The translations under genes were made by a program, and so were the position numbers. 64,000 nucleotides of DNA. Source: Vulcanimicrobiales bacterium (GTDB lineage Bacteria > Vulcanimicrobiota > Vulcanimicrobiia > Vulcanimicrobiales > Vulcanimicrobiaceae). Positions 9,810-18,330 of this stretch are shown here, one piece after another; the first letter of the stretch is position 1, and every line of letters begins with the position of its first letter. The stretch covers positions 96,001 through 160,000 of the forward strand of contig JBBRLI010000006.1 in the NCBI GenBank assembly GCA_038231455.1, written 5' to 3'. Under the pieces are notes generated by a model. It ran no database searches. It was given only the letters and a program-made list of their open reading frames with translations, and was not told the DNA's origin.

Positions 9810-12800
9810 GGGCACTCCGTTCATTCCGCGACCGAATCCGCAGACCCAGTTCGTCGAACCCGGCGTAGAGTACCGGCACGACAAAAAGCGTGAGGACCGT
9901 TGAGATCGACAAGCCGCCGATTATCACGGTCGCGAGCGGTGCGTATGCATCGATGCCCGTCTTCGGGAAGAACGCAACCGGAATGAGGACGACCAGGCTA
10001 ACAATCGTCGTCATGAGGATCGGTCGCAGACGTACGGGACCGGCTTGGAGGATGGCCTCGATTCGCGAGAGCCCCTTCGCGCGGTTGTGAATGATCAGAT
10101 CGAGCAGCAGAATGGCATTGCTGACCGCCATGCCATTCGCAACGACGATTCCGAGGATTGAGACCGTCGAGAGGTTTTGATGCGCGAGCATCAAGCCGCC
10201 AAAAACGCCGAGAAGTTCGAGCGGGATCGCAAGCAGCATCACGAGCGGGTGGGTAACCGAACGAAACTGCGCGACCAGTAAAAGAAACACAAAGACAATC
10301 GCGACTTTCATCGCACCCAGAAGCCGGTCGAACGATTGCGTCATCTCAGTCATGTCGCCGCGCATCGCGATCGCGTAGCCTTTCGGAAAGGTGACTTGTG
10401 CGATTGACCCCATGATCGTATCCATGTCGAGCGCCATCTCGCCACGTGCACCTTTGCGATAGTAGCCGAGAACCGCAACGCTCGGGCGAAGCCCGTCGTG
10501 TTCGATGAGCGTCGGGCCGTCGTGACGGTCGATTTGGGCAATCGTGGAGAGCGCGACACTCGTTCCGTTCTTGCCGACGATCTGAACGGCCGCAAGATCG
10601 GCGCTCGTCGCTCGATCGCTCGCGTCGTAGCGCAGCAAAATCGTGCTGTGACGGAGGTTTTGCTGATTGAAGTACTCCGTCGTGAGCCCGCCGTGCGTTG
10701 CATAGTACGCTTGCTGCGTCACCTCGTCGGGCGTAAGACCGAGTTGGGCTGCACGGGCGCGGTCGACCGTTATAACGCGCTGCGGCTGCAGCATACTTGA
10801 GGATGTCGAGACTTGCACCATACCGGGAACGCTCTTTGCGACGCCCGCGACCTGCGCGGCGAGACGCTCGACGACGGCGACGTCGGGTCCCGTGACCAGT
10901 AATTCGACAGGCGCGTCGTTACTCGCCATCACGTCGCTTCCCATTTCTTTGAGCGCCACGCGACGCAGGCCCGGGATGGTTCGCAACGTTTGTGCGTACA
11001 CCCCGTCCATGATCGACCAAATACTCCGCTTGCGCTCTTCTTTCGGCTTAAACGTTATCAAATAAGAAGCCGAATTGACGGTGCCCATTGCCGTTCCGGT
11101 GGCGTAACCACCGGCGGTCGCCTCACCGATCTCGCCCGAGACGCGCTGCACGTCCGGTTGGGCGAGCAGAATCTGCTCGAAACGTTTGGCCTTCTCCGAG
11201 GTCGCCGCAAACGACGTCCCCGCTGTCGTCTCGAAATAAGCCGATGCTTGGCCCGTATCGGCAAGCGGCATCATCTCGCTGCCGATCAGCGGCGCAAATT
11301 GGATTGCTGCGTACGTGAGAATCGCCGCAATCGCCAAGACCGCCGTTGTATTGCGTAAACTCCACTGCAGGCTCGAGCGGTAGCTCCCCTCGAGTTTGAC
11401 AAGCCCACGCCGCGTGGGTGCGAGGAGTCTGCGCACGCCGTCATCGATGCGCGAACGCCAGTGCGGTGCATGCTCACCTTCACCGTTGAAGAGATATGCC
11501 GCAAGGAGCGGCGTGAGTGTTACCGACACGATGAGCGAGGCGATAAGTGCGAAGACGATCGGCCACACGAGCCCCATAAACATGATCTGGGTGATGCCGC
11601 CGCTGAGGAGTAATGGCACGAGCGCGAGGACCATTACTCCGGTGGCAGCAGCGATTGGCAAGATCACTTCGCGTGTGCCTTCGATTGCCGCCTCGCGTGA
11701 TGTGCGACCTTCGCCGAGCTTGCGATGCACGGAGTGGATGACGACGATCGAGTCATCGACTAGCCGACCGATTGCAAGCAGCAAACCGATGAGTGTCGAG
11801 CTATTGATCGAGAGATGCATCGGGACGAACAGCAACACGGCCAGGCCCAAGCACGTCGGGATCGAGGTCATGACGATTGCCGTCGCGCTGACATCTTCGA
11901 GAAAGATCAGGAGCACGAAGCCTGCGAGCACGACGCTGACGATCAGCTCCTCGAGCATGTTGCGATTGAGGTCGGACACAAACCGTGCGTTGTCGTAAGC
12001 CGGCGTGAAGGAGAGACCGGGGTTTTCTGCTTCGATCGTTCTGAGTCGTTCGTTGACCGCTGCGATCACCTGCGGCGAACTCGCGTCGGGGTTTTCGACG
12101 ATCGAGACTTCGACGCTCTCTTTGCCGTTAAAGCGATAAGCTGCACGCTGTTCTGCTGCGCCGTCGCGAACGGCGGCGAGGTCGCGCACGAATATCGTTC
12201 GATCGCCACTCGTCATCACGGGCAAGTCCAGCACGTCTTGGGCCGAGCGGATGCGCTGATCGTCGCGGACGATCGTCTCACGGTTCTTGCCGGTGAGCGT
12301 TCCACCAGAGCGGCTGATGTTTTGCTTGTCGATGGCATCGCGAAGATCGACCATCGAGAGACCCGATGCGCCGAGCGCTGCACGATCGGCGATCACTTGC
12401 AGTTGACGTTGCAGCCCGCCGAAGGGGTACACGTTCTGCACGCCCTCGACGCCTTTCAACTCACGCACGACATCGTTTGCGATGAATTCGCGCAGGCGAA
12501 CGGGATCCCAGCCGATGCCGCTCACGGCGAGTTGCAGGACCGGCGTGTTGAGCGGGTCGACCGGTACGACGTAGGACGGTTTGAGATTCGCGCGATCGTA
12601 CGGCAGATCGCCTTCGGCTTGTTTGACGAGTTGCTGAACGTCCACGAGCGCGCGTTGCATGTCGGCGCCATAGGGAAATTGTAAGGTGACCGTTGAGAGA
12701 CCGTCTTGCGAAATCGATCGAACGAAGCGGACGCCTTTGAGGTCGGTCATGCGTTCTTCGATCGGTTTGGAAAAGTACGTCTCGGTTTCTTCTGCCGAGT

Positions 12801-12972
12801 AGCCGGGCGTCATCGTGACGACGGCGACGATCGGGCTTGGCACGTACGGCATCATACGGGTCGGAAGCAAGAAGATGACGGCTGCAATTGCCGCGATGAC
12901 GAGCGCAACGTATATCGCGATGACGGCGAACGGATTCTTGAGCGACCAGGCGGGGACGTCAAACGATTTCAC
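9802..12972 (-). CDS. RND efflux permease (AcrB/CusA/CzcA superfamily)
   Basis: 1056 aa; AIGRLVDDSIVV, RLRPILMTT, PLATVIIGGL. Confidence 0.95.
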   Translation of the reverse strand: MKSFDVPAWSLKNPFAVIAIYVALVIAAIAAVIFLLPTRMMPYVPSPIVAVVTMTPGYSAEETETYFSKPIEERMTDLKGVRFVRSISQDGLSTVTLQFPYGADMQRALVDVQQLVKQAEGDLPYDRANLKPSYVVPVDPLNTPVLQLAVSGIGWDPVRLREFIANDVVRELKGVEGVQNVYPFGGLQRQLQVIADRAALGASGLSMVDLRDAIDKQNISRSGGTLTGKNRETIVRDDQRIRSAQDVLDLPVMTSGDRTIFVRDLAAVRDGAAEQRAAYRFNGKESVEVSIVENPDASSPQVIAAVNERLRTIEAENPGLSFTPAYDNARFVSDLNRNMLEELIVSVVLAGFVLLIFLEDVSATAIVMTSIPTCLGLAVLLFVPMHLSINSSTLIGLLLAIGRLVDDSIVVIHSVHRKLGEGRTSREAAIEGTREVILPIAAATGVMVLALVPLLLSGGITQIMFMGLVWPIVFALIASLIVSVTLTPLLAAYLFNGEGEHAPHWRSRIDDGVRRLLAPTRRGLVKLEGSYRSSLQWSLRNTTAVLAIAAILTYAAIQFAPLIGSEMMPLADTGQASAYFETTAGTSFAATSEKAKRFEQILLAQPDVQRVSGEIGEATAGGYATGTAMGTVNSASYLITFKPKEERKRSIWSIMDGVYAQTLRTIPGLRRVALKEMGSDVMASNDAPVELLVTGPDVAVVERLAAQVAGVAKSVPGMVQVSTSSSMLQPQRVITVDRARAAQLGLTPDEVTQQAYYATHGGLTTEYFNQQNLRHSTILLRYDASDRATSADLAAVQIVGKNGTSVALSTIAQIDRHDGPTLIEHDGLRPSVAVLGYYRKGARGEMALDMDTIMGSIAQVTFPKGYAIAMRGDMTEMTQSFDRLLGAMKVAIVFVFLLLVAQFRSVTHPLVMLLAIPLELLGVFGGLMLAHQNLSTVSILGIVVANGMAVSNAILLLDLIIHNRAKGLSRIEAILQAGPVRLRPILMTTIVSLVVLIPVAFFPKTGIDAYAPLATVIIGGLSISTVLTLFVVPVLYAGFDELGLRIRSRNERSAHA

Positions 12973-14864
12973 GTGCGACTCTCGGTAATGGTCTGACCTT
13001 CTTGGAGCGTAGCGGCGCCTTCGACGACGACGCGCGCTTTCCGATCGAGGTCGCCGCTCACCGTAGCGCTACTGCCGTCATCGGAACGGACGCGCACGGG
13101 AACGCGATGCGCCGTTCCGTTAACATCCGTCCAGACCGCCGCATCGGAACCGGAGCCGATGATCGCCGCGCTCGGGACGGCGGTCGTGCCCGAAAACGCT
13201 CGGCGGCGTGCATGAATTGTCACGCGGACGAATCCGCCCGGCACGAATCCGTGCGCGCCGTTTTCCACGATTGCCTCGACGAGTGCCGTATGCGATGTCG
13301 CATCGGCGATCGGGGAGATCGACGTCACCCGACCGCGAACGAGCGTATCGTCCGCACGGCGCGCTTCGATCGGCGTCCCGACAACGATGTCCGGAAGATC
13401 TTGCTGCGCGACGTTTGCCTGGACGCGGAGCCGGCGAACGACGGCGATTCGTGCGATCGTTGTTCCCGCTTGCACGAACACACCGGGATCGACCAGTCTT
13501 TTGACGACGATCGCATCGTCGGGACTGACGACCGATGTAAATCCGGCCAAGGTCCGTTCGGTCAACGCTTGCGCCGCAGCTCGATCTGCGGCCGCGTGTG
13601 CGGCACTCGCTTGCGCGCGCATCTGCTCGACACCGGCACCCGCATCGGCTAGTTTTCTCGAAGAGACGATCACTTGTTGTTCGAGTGAGGCAACTTTTTC
13701 TGTCGCCGTGCGATACGCAGCGTCGGCAGCGGCTCGTTGGGCGCGCTCGTCTTGATAGTCTTGCATCGATACGGCGCCTTGATCGAGCAGCGACTTTTCA
13801 CGAAGGAGTTCGTTCTCCCAGTAGGAGCGGGATTCGGCCTTTGCCACGCGCTCGGACCGGGCGGCTACAAGATCGTGCGTCATCGCCGCGCGATCTGCTT
13901 GCGCGATTACCACGCCGTTTGGTGCATGGTGATTTGCCTCAACGTCTGCGGCCCGCGCAACGGCGGCTTGACTGGCGGCGTCGGCTGCCGCTGCGATTGC
14001 GCGGCTTTGCAGATCGGGCGCATCGAGTCGCGCGATCACTTGCCCCGCGCGAACGTCGTCGCCGGCATACACGGAGAAGTCGCGGAGAATACCGGGTGCA
14101 CGCGTGACGATATCTTGTATCAAGTACGGTGCAATCGAACCGGTCACATGAATGTCAGCGGATGCATCGCTTGATTGCACGGGGGCAAGCGTCACGGGAG
14201 TCGCCGCATTCCCGCTGATCGTCGACATCGCGGCCATATCCATCGCCGGTGCGGCATAGCGCGCGGAGACGAGTGCGAGAACCCCGATGAGGACCGTCGC
14301 GCCGCCGAGGATGCCAAGGGTGAGCGGTCGACGATCGCGCCGCATGACCACAAGGATGATGCCAGCGAGAAGAACGACGGCGAGGGCGATCGCTGCAACG
14401 CGCCACGCATCGGGATTTCCGGGAGATGATGACATGCTGCCCATCGCAGCCGTCGCGCCGGCGCCTTCTCCGGCAACGGCGAATCGATACGTCGCCGTGC
14501 CGGTTACGCCGCCGGAAAAGTGGACGGTAATGGCCCACGTCGTCGCCATCGCCACGGACATCCCGATTGTCCACTGCCCGGGACCCGTTTTATGAAGATC
14601 GCCGCTTGGACCATTCATCGACATCGTGGGCATCGCCGAGGAGAACGACGCGGTCGTTCGTGCGATTGCGTCGGCCGGCGCGCCGATGAGTTGGAGCGTC
14701 CCGGTGATGTGTCCCGTAGTCGGCGGATCGGGAAACAATTCGAGCGTCGCCTGCGCAGCGCCGACCGACACAACCATTGTCGATGCCATCGCAGAACTCG
14801 GCACGAGCGCGAGTACCAAAGCGAAGATCGCAACGACGAATTGGCTGGAGACAAGTCGATTCAA
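12969..14864 (-). CDS. RND periplasmic adaptor with N-terminal YtkA-like Met-rich domain and extra TM helices
   Basis: TTG 14864 with AAGGA RBS; AMPTMSM domain, two TMs, then lipoyl-like VYAGDDVRAGQVIARL, coiled coil and beta-barrel. Confidence 0.85.
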   Translation of the reverse strand: MNRLVSSQFVVAIFALVLALVPSSAMASTMVVSVGAAQATLELFPDPPTTGHITGTLQLIGAPADAIARTTASFSSAMPTMSMNGPSGDLHKTGPGQWTIGMSVAMATTWAITVHFSGGVTGTATYRFAVAGEGAGATAAMGSMSSSPGNPDAWRVAAIALAVVLLAGIILVVMRRDRRPLTLGILGGATVLIGVLALVSARYAAPAMDMAAMSTISGNAATPVTLAPVQSSDASADIHVTGSIAPYLIQDIVTRAPGILRDFSVYAGDDVRAGQVIARLDAPDLQSRAIAAAADAASQAAVARAADVEANHHAPNGVVIAQADRAAMTHDLVAARSERVAKAESRSYWENELLREKSLLDQGAVSMQDYQDERAQRAAADAAYRTATEKVASLEQQVIVSSRKLADAGAGVEQMRAQASAAHAAADRAAAQALTERTLAGFTSVVSPDDAIVVKRLVDPGVFVQAGTTIARIAVVRRLRVQANVAQQDLPDIVVGTPIEARRADDTLVRGRVTSISPIADATSHTALVEAIVENGAHGFVPGGFVRVTIHARRRAFSGTTAVPSAAIIGSGSDAAVWTDVNGTAHRVPVRVRSDDGSSATVSGDLDRKARVVVEGAATLQEGQTITESRT

Positions 14865-14899
14865 AGTGCTACGTTCCTTAGCAGATGCGTTCAAAAAAA

Positions 14900-15877
14900 T
14901 TACATGACCATGTGCGATGAGGCGGCATGATCGCACGGCGTCGGGTTGATGAGCGACGCTGCTGCCGGTGCGATGCCGAAGAGCATGACGGCGACGATGA
15001 TCGTCGAGACATACACGCGATTCCATGCGGACAATGCGACCGGCCGATCGCCTTGCACGAGCAAAGCGCGCAGACGTCGGCGAAAGCTGGAGTTTCCATG
15101 CAGGGCCGCCATGTTTGCTACGCGGCTGCGAGTGCAGGTAAAGGTCAACAATGCCCCGGCGAGATCTTCGGGCGATGCGTGACGCAGAGCGTGTGCGTCA
15201 GCAGCGAATTCGCGTGCGTCGCGGTAGATCGAAACGAACGCCGACGATGGCATCGGAAAAAGATCGACAAGAAAGGCGATCGCCGCTGCGACGGCTTGAT
15301 CGCCACGCCGTGCGTGACCGCGTTCGTGAAGAAGTGCCGCCGCAAGCTCCGCATCGTTCATATCGCGTAGCGTGCGCGACGAGACGATGACCGCCGGGCG
15401 GTGGACACGAGCGAGCGCGCAGAATGGCTCGTCGAGCGGTAACTCGCGCACGGAGACGGCAATCTGCAAAGCGATCTTGGCGAGTCGATCCGACGGTGCA
15501 ACGGTGATGCGCAGAAGTGCGCTCGATTCCGCCGCGCGCCGACGCGCGAGAACGGTTGCTCGGAGGAGGGAGAGGACGAGAACGGTCGCGATGATGGCGT
15601 AAAGCACGCGTCCGGCCTCAGTTTGGAAACATGCCGCATGCACGCCACCGATCAAAGCAGCGACCGCGAGCGCGAGGACGAGCGTTCCGGGAAGAATCGC
15701 CGCAATCGATGCGAGCGCCGCTTGCCAAGTCGCGTCGCCGGACATCTTACGTAGCGAACCAAGCGCGAGCCGCAATGCCGCCCACGCGGCAAGCGGAACC
15801 ACGAGGAGCGCGCAGGCGGACGAGAGCAGCACGCCGCTGCGAAAGCAGTCGGCAAAAAATAAGCCGAAGTCAGGCAC
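14900..15877 (-). CDS. M56/M48 family membrane zinc peptidase (BlaR1-like, no penicillin-binding domain)
   Basis: LLHERGHARRGD (HExxH), REFAADAHA; directly follows BlaI-like gene. Confidence 0.85.
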   Translation of the reverse strand: MPDFGLFFADCFRSGVLLSSACALLVVPLAAWAALRLALGSLRKMSGDATWQAALASIAAILPGTLVLALAVAALIGGVHAACFQTEAGRVLYAIIATVLVLSLLRATVLARRRAAESSALLRITVAPSDRLAKIALQIAVSVRELPLDEPFCALARVHRPAVIVSSRTLRDMNDAELAAALLHERGHARRGDQAVAAAIAFLVDLFPMPSSAFVSIYRDAREFAADAHALRHASPEDLAGALLTFTCTRSRVANMAALHGNSSFRRRLRALLVQGDRPVALSAWNRVYVSTIIVAVMLFGIAPAAASLINPTPCDHAASSHMVM

Positions 15878-16304
15878 GGCGTGCCTCGGCGCGTTTGGCG
15901 GCTAAGAGCTTGGCAAATTCTTCGTAGCTCTCATCATCGTTTGCGAGTTCGCCCGCAATATGCGCGAGGAGCGGATTGCGCTGGCTTCTATAGAGAGGGC
16001 GAAGCACGTCGCCGATCACCGATGCTTGGAACGCTTCACGCGAAATCGCCGGGATAAACAGGTTCGCTCGCCCGGCCGACTTTTTGTTCAGGTGGAGCTT
16101 ATTTACGAGATTCTGCATGATCGTCTTGACCGTCGAATAGGCGAGCGTCTTACCCTCACCGGACTTCTCGATTTCGGTCATCACATCGCTGACGGCCATC
16201 CAATCGCCATATGCCCACATGATCTCGATCACGCGAGATTCGAGTGGGCCAAGGGCGCTGGCCGTATCGTCGGCGCCACCGATGCGGATCGTACGCAAAC
16301 TCAT
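15870..16304 (-). CDS. BlaI/MecI/CopY family repressor
   Basis: LGPLESRVIEIMW, LAYSTVKTIMQNL..K. Confidence 0.9.
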   Translation of the reverse strand: MSLRTIRIGGADDTASALGPLESRVIEIMWAYGDWMAVSDVMTEIEKSGEGKTLAYSTVKTIMQNLVNKLHLNKKSAGRANLFIPAISREAFQASVIGDVLRPLYRSQRNPLLAHIAGELANDDESYEEFAKLLAAKRAEARRA

Positions 16305-16378
16305 CTGCTAAGGACGCTAGCATATGCCTCGCAGCCGGTCAATCGGATATCATGCAGCGTACGTTCCGCAGTCCTGTA

Positions 16379-16421
16379 TTGACTTAATTGGATACAAGGC
16401 ATAGAATCGAAATATGTCGAT
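16379..16421 (+). promoter_or_regulatory. sigma70-type promoter with overlapping ArsR-type operator
   Basis: TTGACT(16379)-17 nt-TAGAAT(16402); palindrome ATCGA-N6-TCGAT at 16406-16421 spans the ATG. Confidence 0.7.
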
Positions 16422-16746
16422 ACAACGTTGTTGCCCGCCGGCCGTCGTCGATGACTCGGATCGCTCGGAGCAGTCCAGCCTTTTTAAGGCGCTCGGAGAT
16501 CCCCATCGCCTGGCCATGCTCGCGACGCTAGCGCGGACGGATGACGAGGTCTGCGTTTGCGACTTCACCAGCGCCTTGCCCTTAGAGCAACCGACGATAT
16601 CACACCACCTCCGATTGCTTCGCGACGCACGCTTGGTTACGTCCGAGCGACGCGGTACATGGGTGTACTATCGCCTGGCAAGCGATGCGTCTGAACGCAT
16701 TGACGCCGCACTACGCTCGGTACTTCCGCAGAAAGTTCTTGCATGA
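16414..16746 (+). CDS. arsR: ArsR/SmtB arsenic-responsive repressor
   Basis: FKALGDPHRL, EVCVCD metal box, QPTISHHL, N-terminal CC. Confidence 0.9.
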   Translation: MSIQRCCPPAVVDDSDRSEQSSLFKALGDPHRLAMLATLARTDDEVCVCDFTSALPLEQPTISHHLRLLRDARLVTSERRGTWVYYRLASDASERIDAALRSVLPQKVLA

Positions 16747-17144
16747 AGATGCATCTGAACCTCGCGACGCGCGACCTCGAAGGCAGCATCGCATTTTACT
16801 CAACGCTCTTTGCCGCCAAGCCGTCCAAGCAACTCCCCGATTACGCGCTCTTTATCACCGAGCACCCGGGACTCGAATTGGCGCTCGATCTCGACCTCGG
16901 CGCTCGAATCGGTGTCAGTGAGCATTTCGGTATCGTTGTCGATTCGCCGCACGAAGTCGATGCTCAGATCGAGCGATTGCGGAATGCCGGCTACGCAGTC
17001 GATATCGAACGTGGCGAGACGTGCTGCTATGCAAATCAAACGAAAGTTTGGGCGAGTGACCCGGAAGGGCGACGTTGGGAGACCTACTTCGTTCACGAAG
17101 AAACCGAGGCGCGCGACGACGATCAGACATCATGCTGCACCTAG
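16743..17144 (+). CDS. arsI: ArsI/CadI family VOC protein (putative C-As lyase)
   Basis: MHLNL, HFGI, TCCYA vicinal Cys pair, W..DPEG.RWE, C-terminal CC. Confidence 0.8.
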   Translation: MKMHLNLATRDLEGSIAFYSTLFAAKPSKQLPDYALFITEHPGLELALDLDLGARIGVSEHFGIVVDSPHEVDAQIERLRNAGYAVDIERGETCCYANQTKVWASDPEGRRWETYFVHEETEARDDDQTSCCT

Positions 17145-17163
17145 GTCTCGATTTGGAGAAGGT

Positions 17164-17880
17164 GTGAATTATCGCGCAGTCGCCGCCGAATTTTTTGGCT
17201 CGGTCTTCTTGCTCTTGGCCGTCGTCGGGTCGGGAATTATGGCGGAACGGCTTAGCGGCGGAAACGTCGGCGTCGCGCTCCTTGCGAACACCATCGCGAC
17301 CGGTGGAGCCCTCATCGCGCTTATTTTAGCTTTCGGACCCGTATCCGGCGCGCACTTCAATCCAGCCGTGACCCTGGCCGATGCGTGGCAACGCGGACTC
17401 GCTTGGTCGATGGTCATGCCGTATTTTATCGCTCAGATCGCTGGCGCAATACTTGGGACGGCGCTTGCGAACACGCTGTTCGGCCTGCCGGTTTTTTTTG
17501 CTTCGCACCACTCGCGCTCGGGCGCGGTCCTGCTCGTTAGTGAGTTCGTCGCGACCTTTGGGCTGCTCGCCGTCATCTGGGGCTGCGTACGCTCGCGCCC
17601 ATCGGTAACTCCGTTTGCCGTCGCCGCATATATCGTTGGGGCATACTGGTTCACGCCGTCCACCTCGTTCGCAAATCCCGCTGTGACGATCGCTCGTTCA
17701 CTCACCGATACGTTCGCGGGGATTCGGCCGCAAGATGCCCCGGGTTTTATCATCGTTCAGTTCGCCGGTGCAATCGCGGCGACCGCGCTCTTCGCCTGGC
17801 TAGCCCCGATCTCTTCGGCCACGGCAAAAGCCGTTGTCGTCCCACATTCGAAGGAGAGCCGTGAACTTGTCAGCCGCTAA
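17164..17880 (+). CDS. MIP/aquaporin family channel (AqpS-like, putative arsenite channel)
   Basis: SGAHFNPAVT and STSFANPAVT NPA motifs; inside ars operon; GTG 17164 with GGAG RBS. Confidence 0.88.
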   Translation: MNYRAVAAEFFGSVFLLLAVVGSGIMAERLSGGNVGVALLANTIATGGALIALILAFGPVSGAHFNPAVTLADAWQRGLAWSMVMPYFIAQIAGAILGTALANTLFGLPVFFASHHSRSGAVLLVSEFVATFGLLAVIWGCVRSRPSVTPFAVAAYIVGAYWFTPSTSFANPAVTIARSLTDTFAGIRPQDAPGFIIVQFAGAIAATALFAWLAPISSATAKAVVVPHSKESRELVSR

Positions 17881-18280
17881 CCAGACGCCATTCGTGTTGT
17901 TCGTTTGTCGGCACAACACCGGCCGTTCGCAGATGGCGGAAGCGTATCTGCGGCACTTCGCGGGCGATAAAATCGAAGTCGCCTCAGCGGGAACGATCGC
18001 CGCCGCGGTCCCCGATCCGCGCGTTGTCGCGATCATGGCGGAGGATGGTATCGATATCAGTGCTGCGCGGCCAAAACTGCTCGACGCGGAGAAAGCCAAG
18101 ATCGCCGATCGCATTATAACGATGGGTTGCGATGTTGAAGGCGTGCCTCGGATCGATGCAGATTGGGGTCTTGCCGATCCCAAAGGTCAGCCGCCTGAGG
18201 CCGTTCGCGAGATTCGGAACACGATCAAAGAAAAAGCCCGCGAGTTAGCGGCCGCCCTACTTGGAACGAACAAAGCTTAG
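17861..18280 (+). CDS. arsC: LMW-PTP-fold arsenate reductase
   Basis: VCRHNTGRSQMAE P-loop, ITMGC, W.L.DP; AAGGAG RBS before GTG 17861. Confidence 0.8.
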   Translation: MNLSAANQTPFVLFVCRHNTGRSQMAEAYLRHFAGDKIEVASAGTIAAAVPDPRVVAIMAEDGIDISAARPKLLDAEKAKIADRIITMGCDVEGVPRIDADWGLADPKGQPPEAVREIRNTIKEKARELAAALLGTNKA

Positions 18281-18330
18281 ACTCGGTGGGGTCTGCCCCG
18301 ACGCCGACTTGCAAGGACCGTGCATCACCT

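Noticed and set aside
14900-16304. Beta-lactam resistance locus
   Set aside because: No penicillin-binding sensor domain or beta-lactamase; downstream genes are efflux and metal-binding
16810-17163. N-terminal extension of the aquaporin
   Set aside because: Overlaps arsI in another frame; good RBS and GTG at 17164
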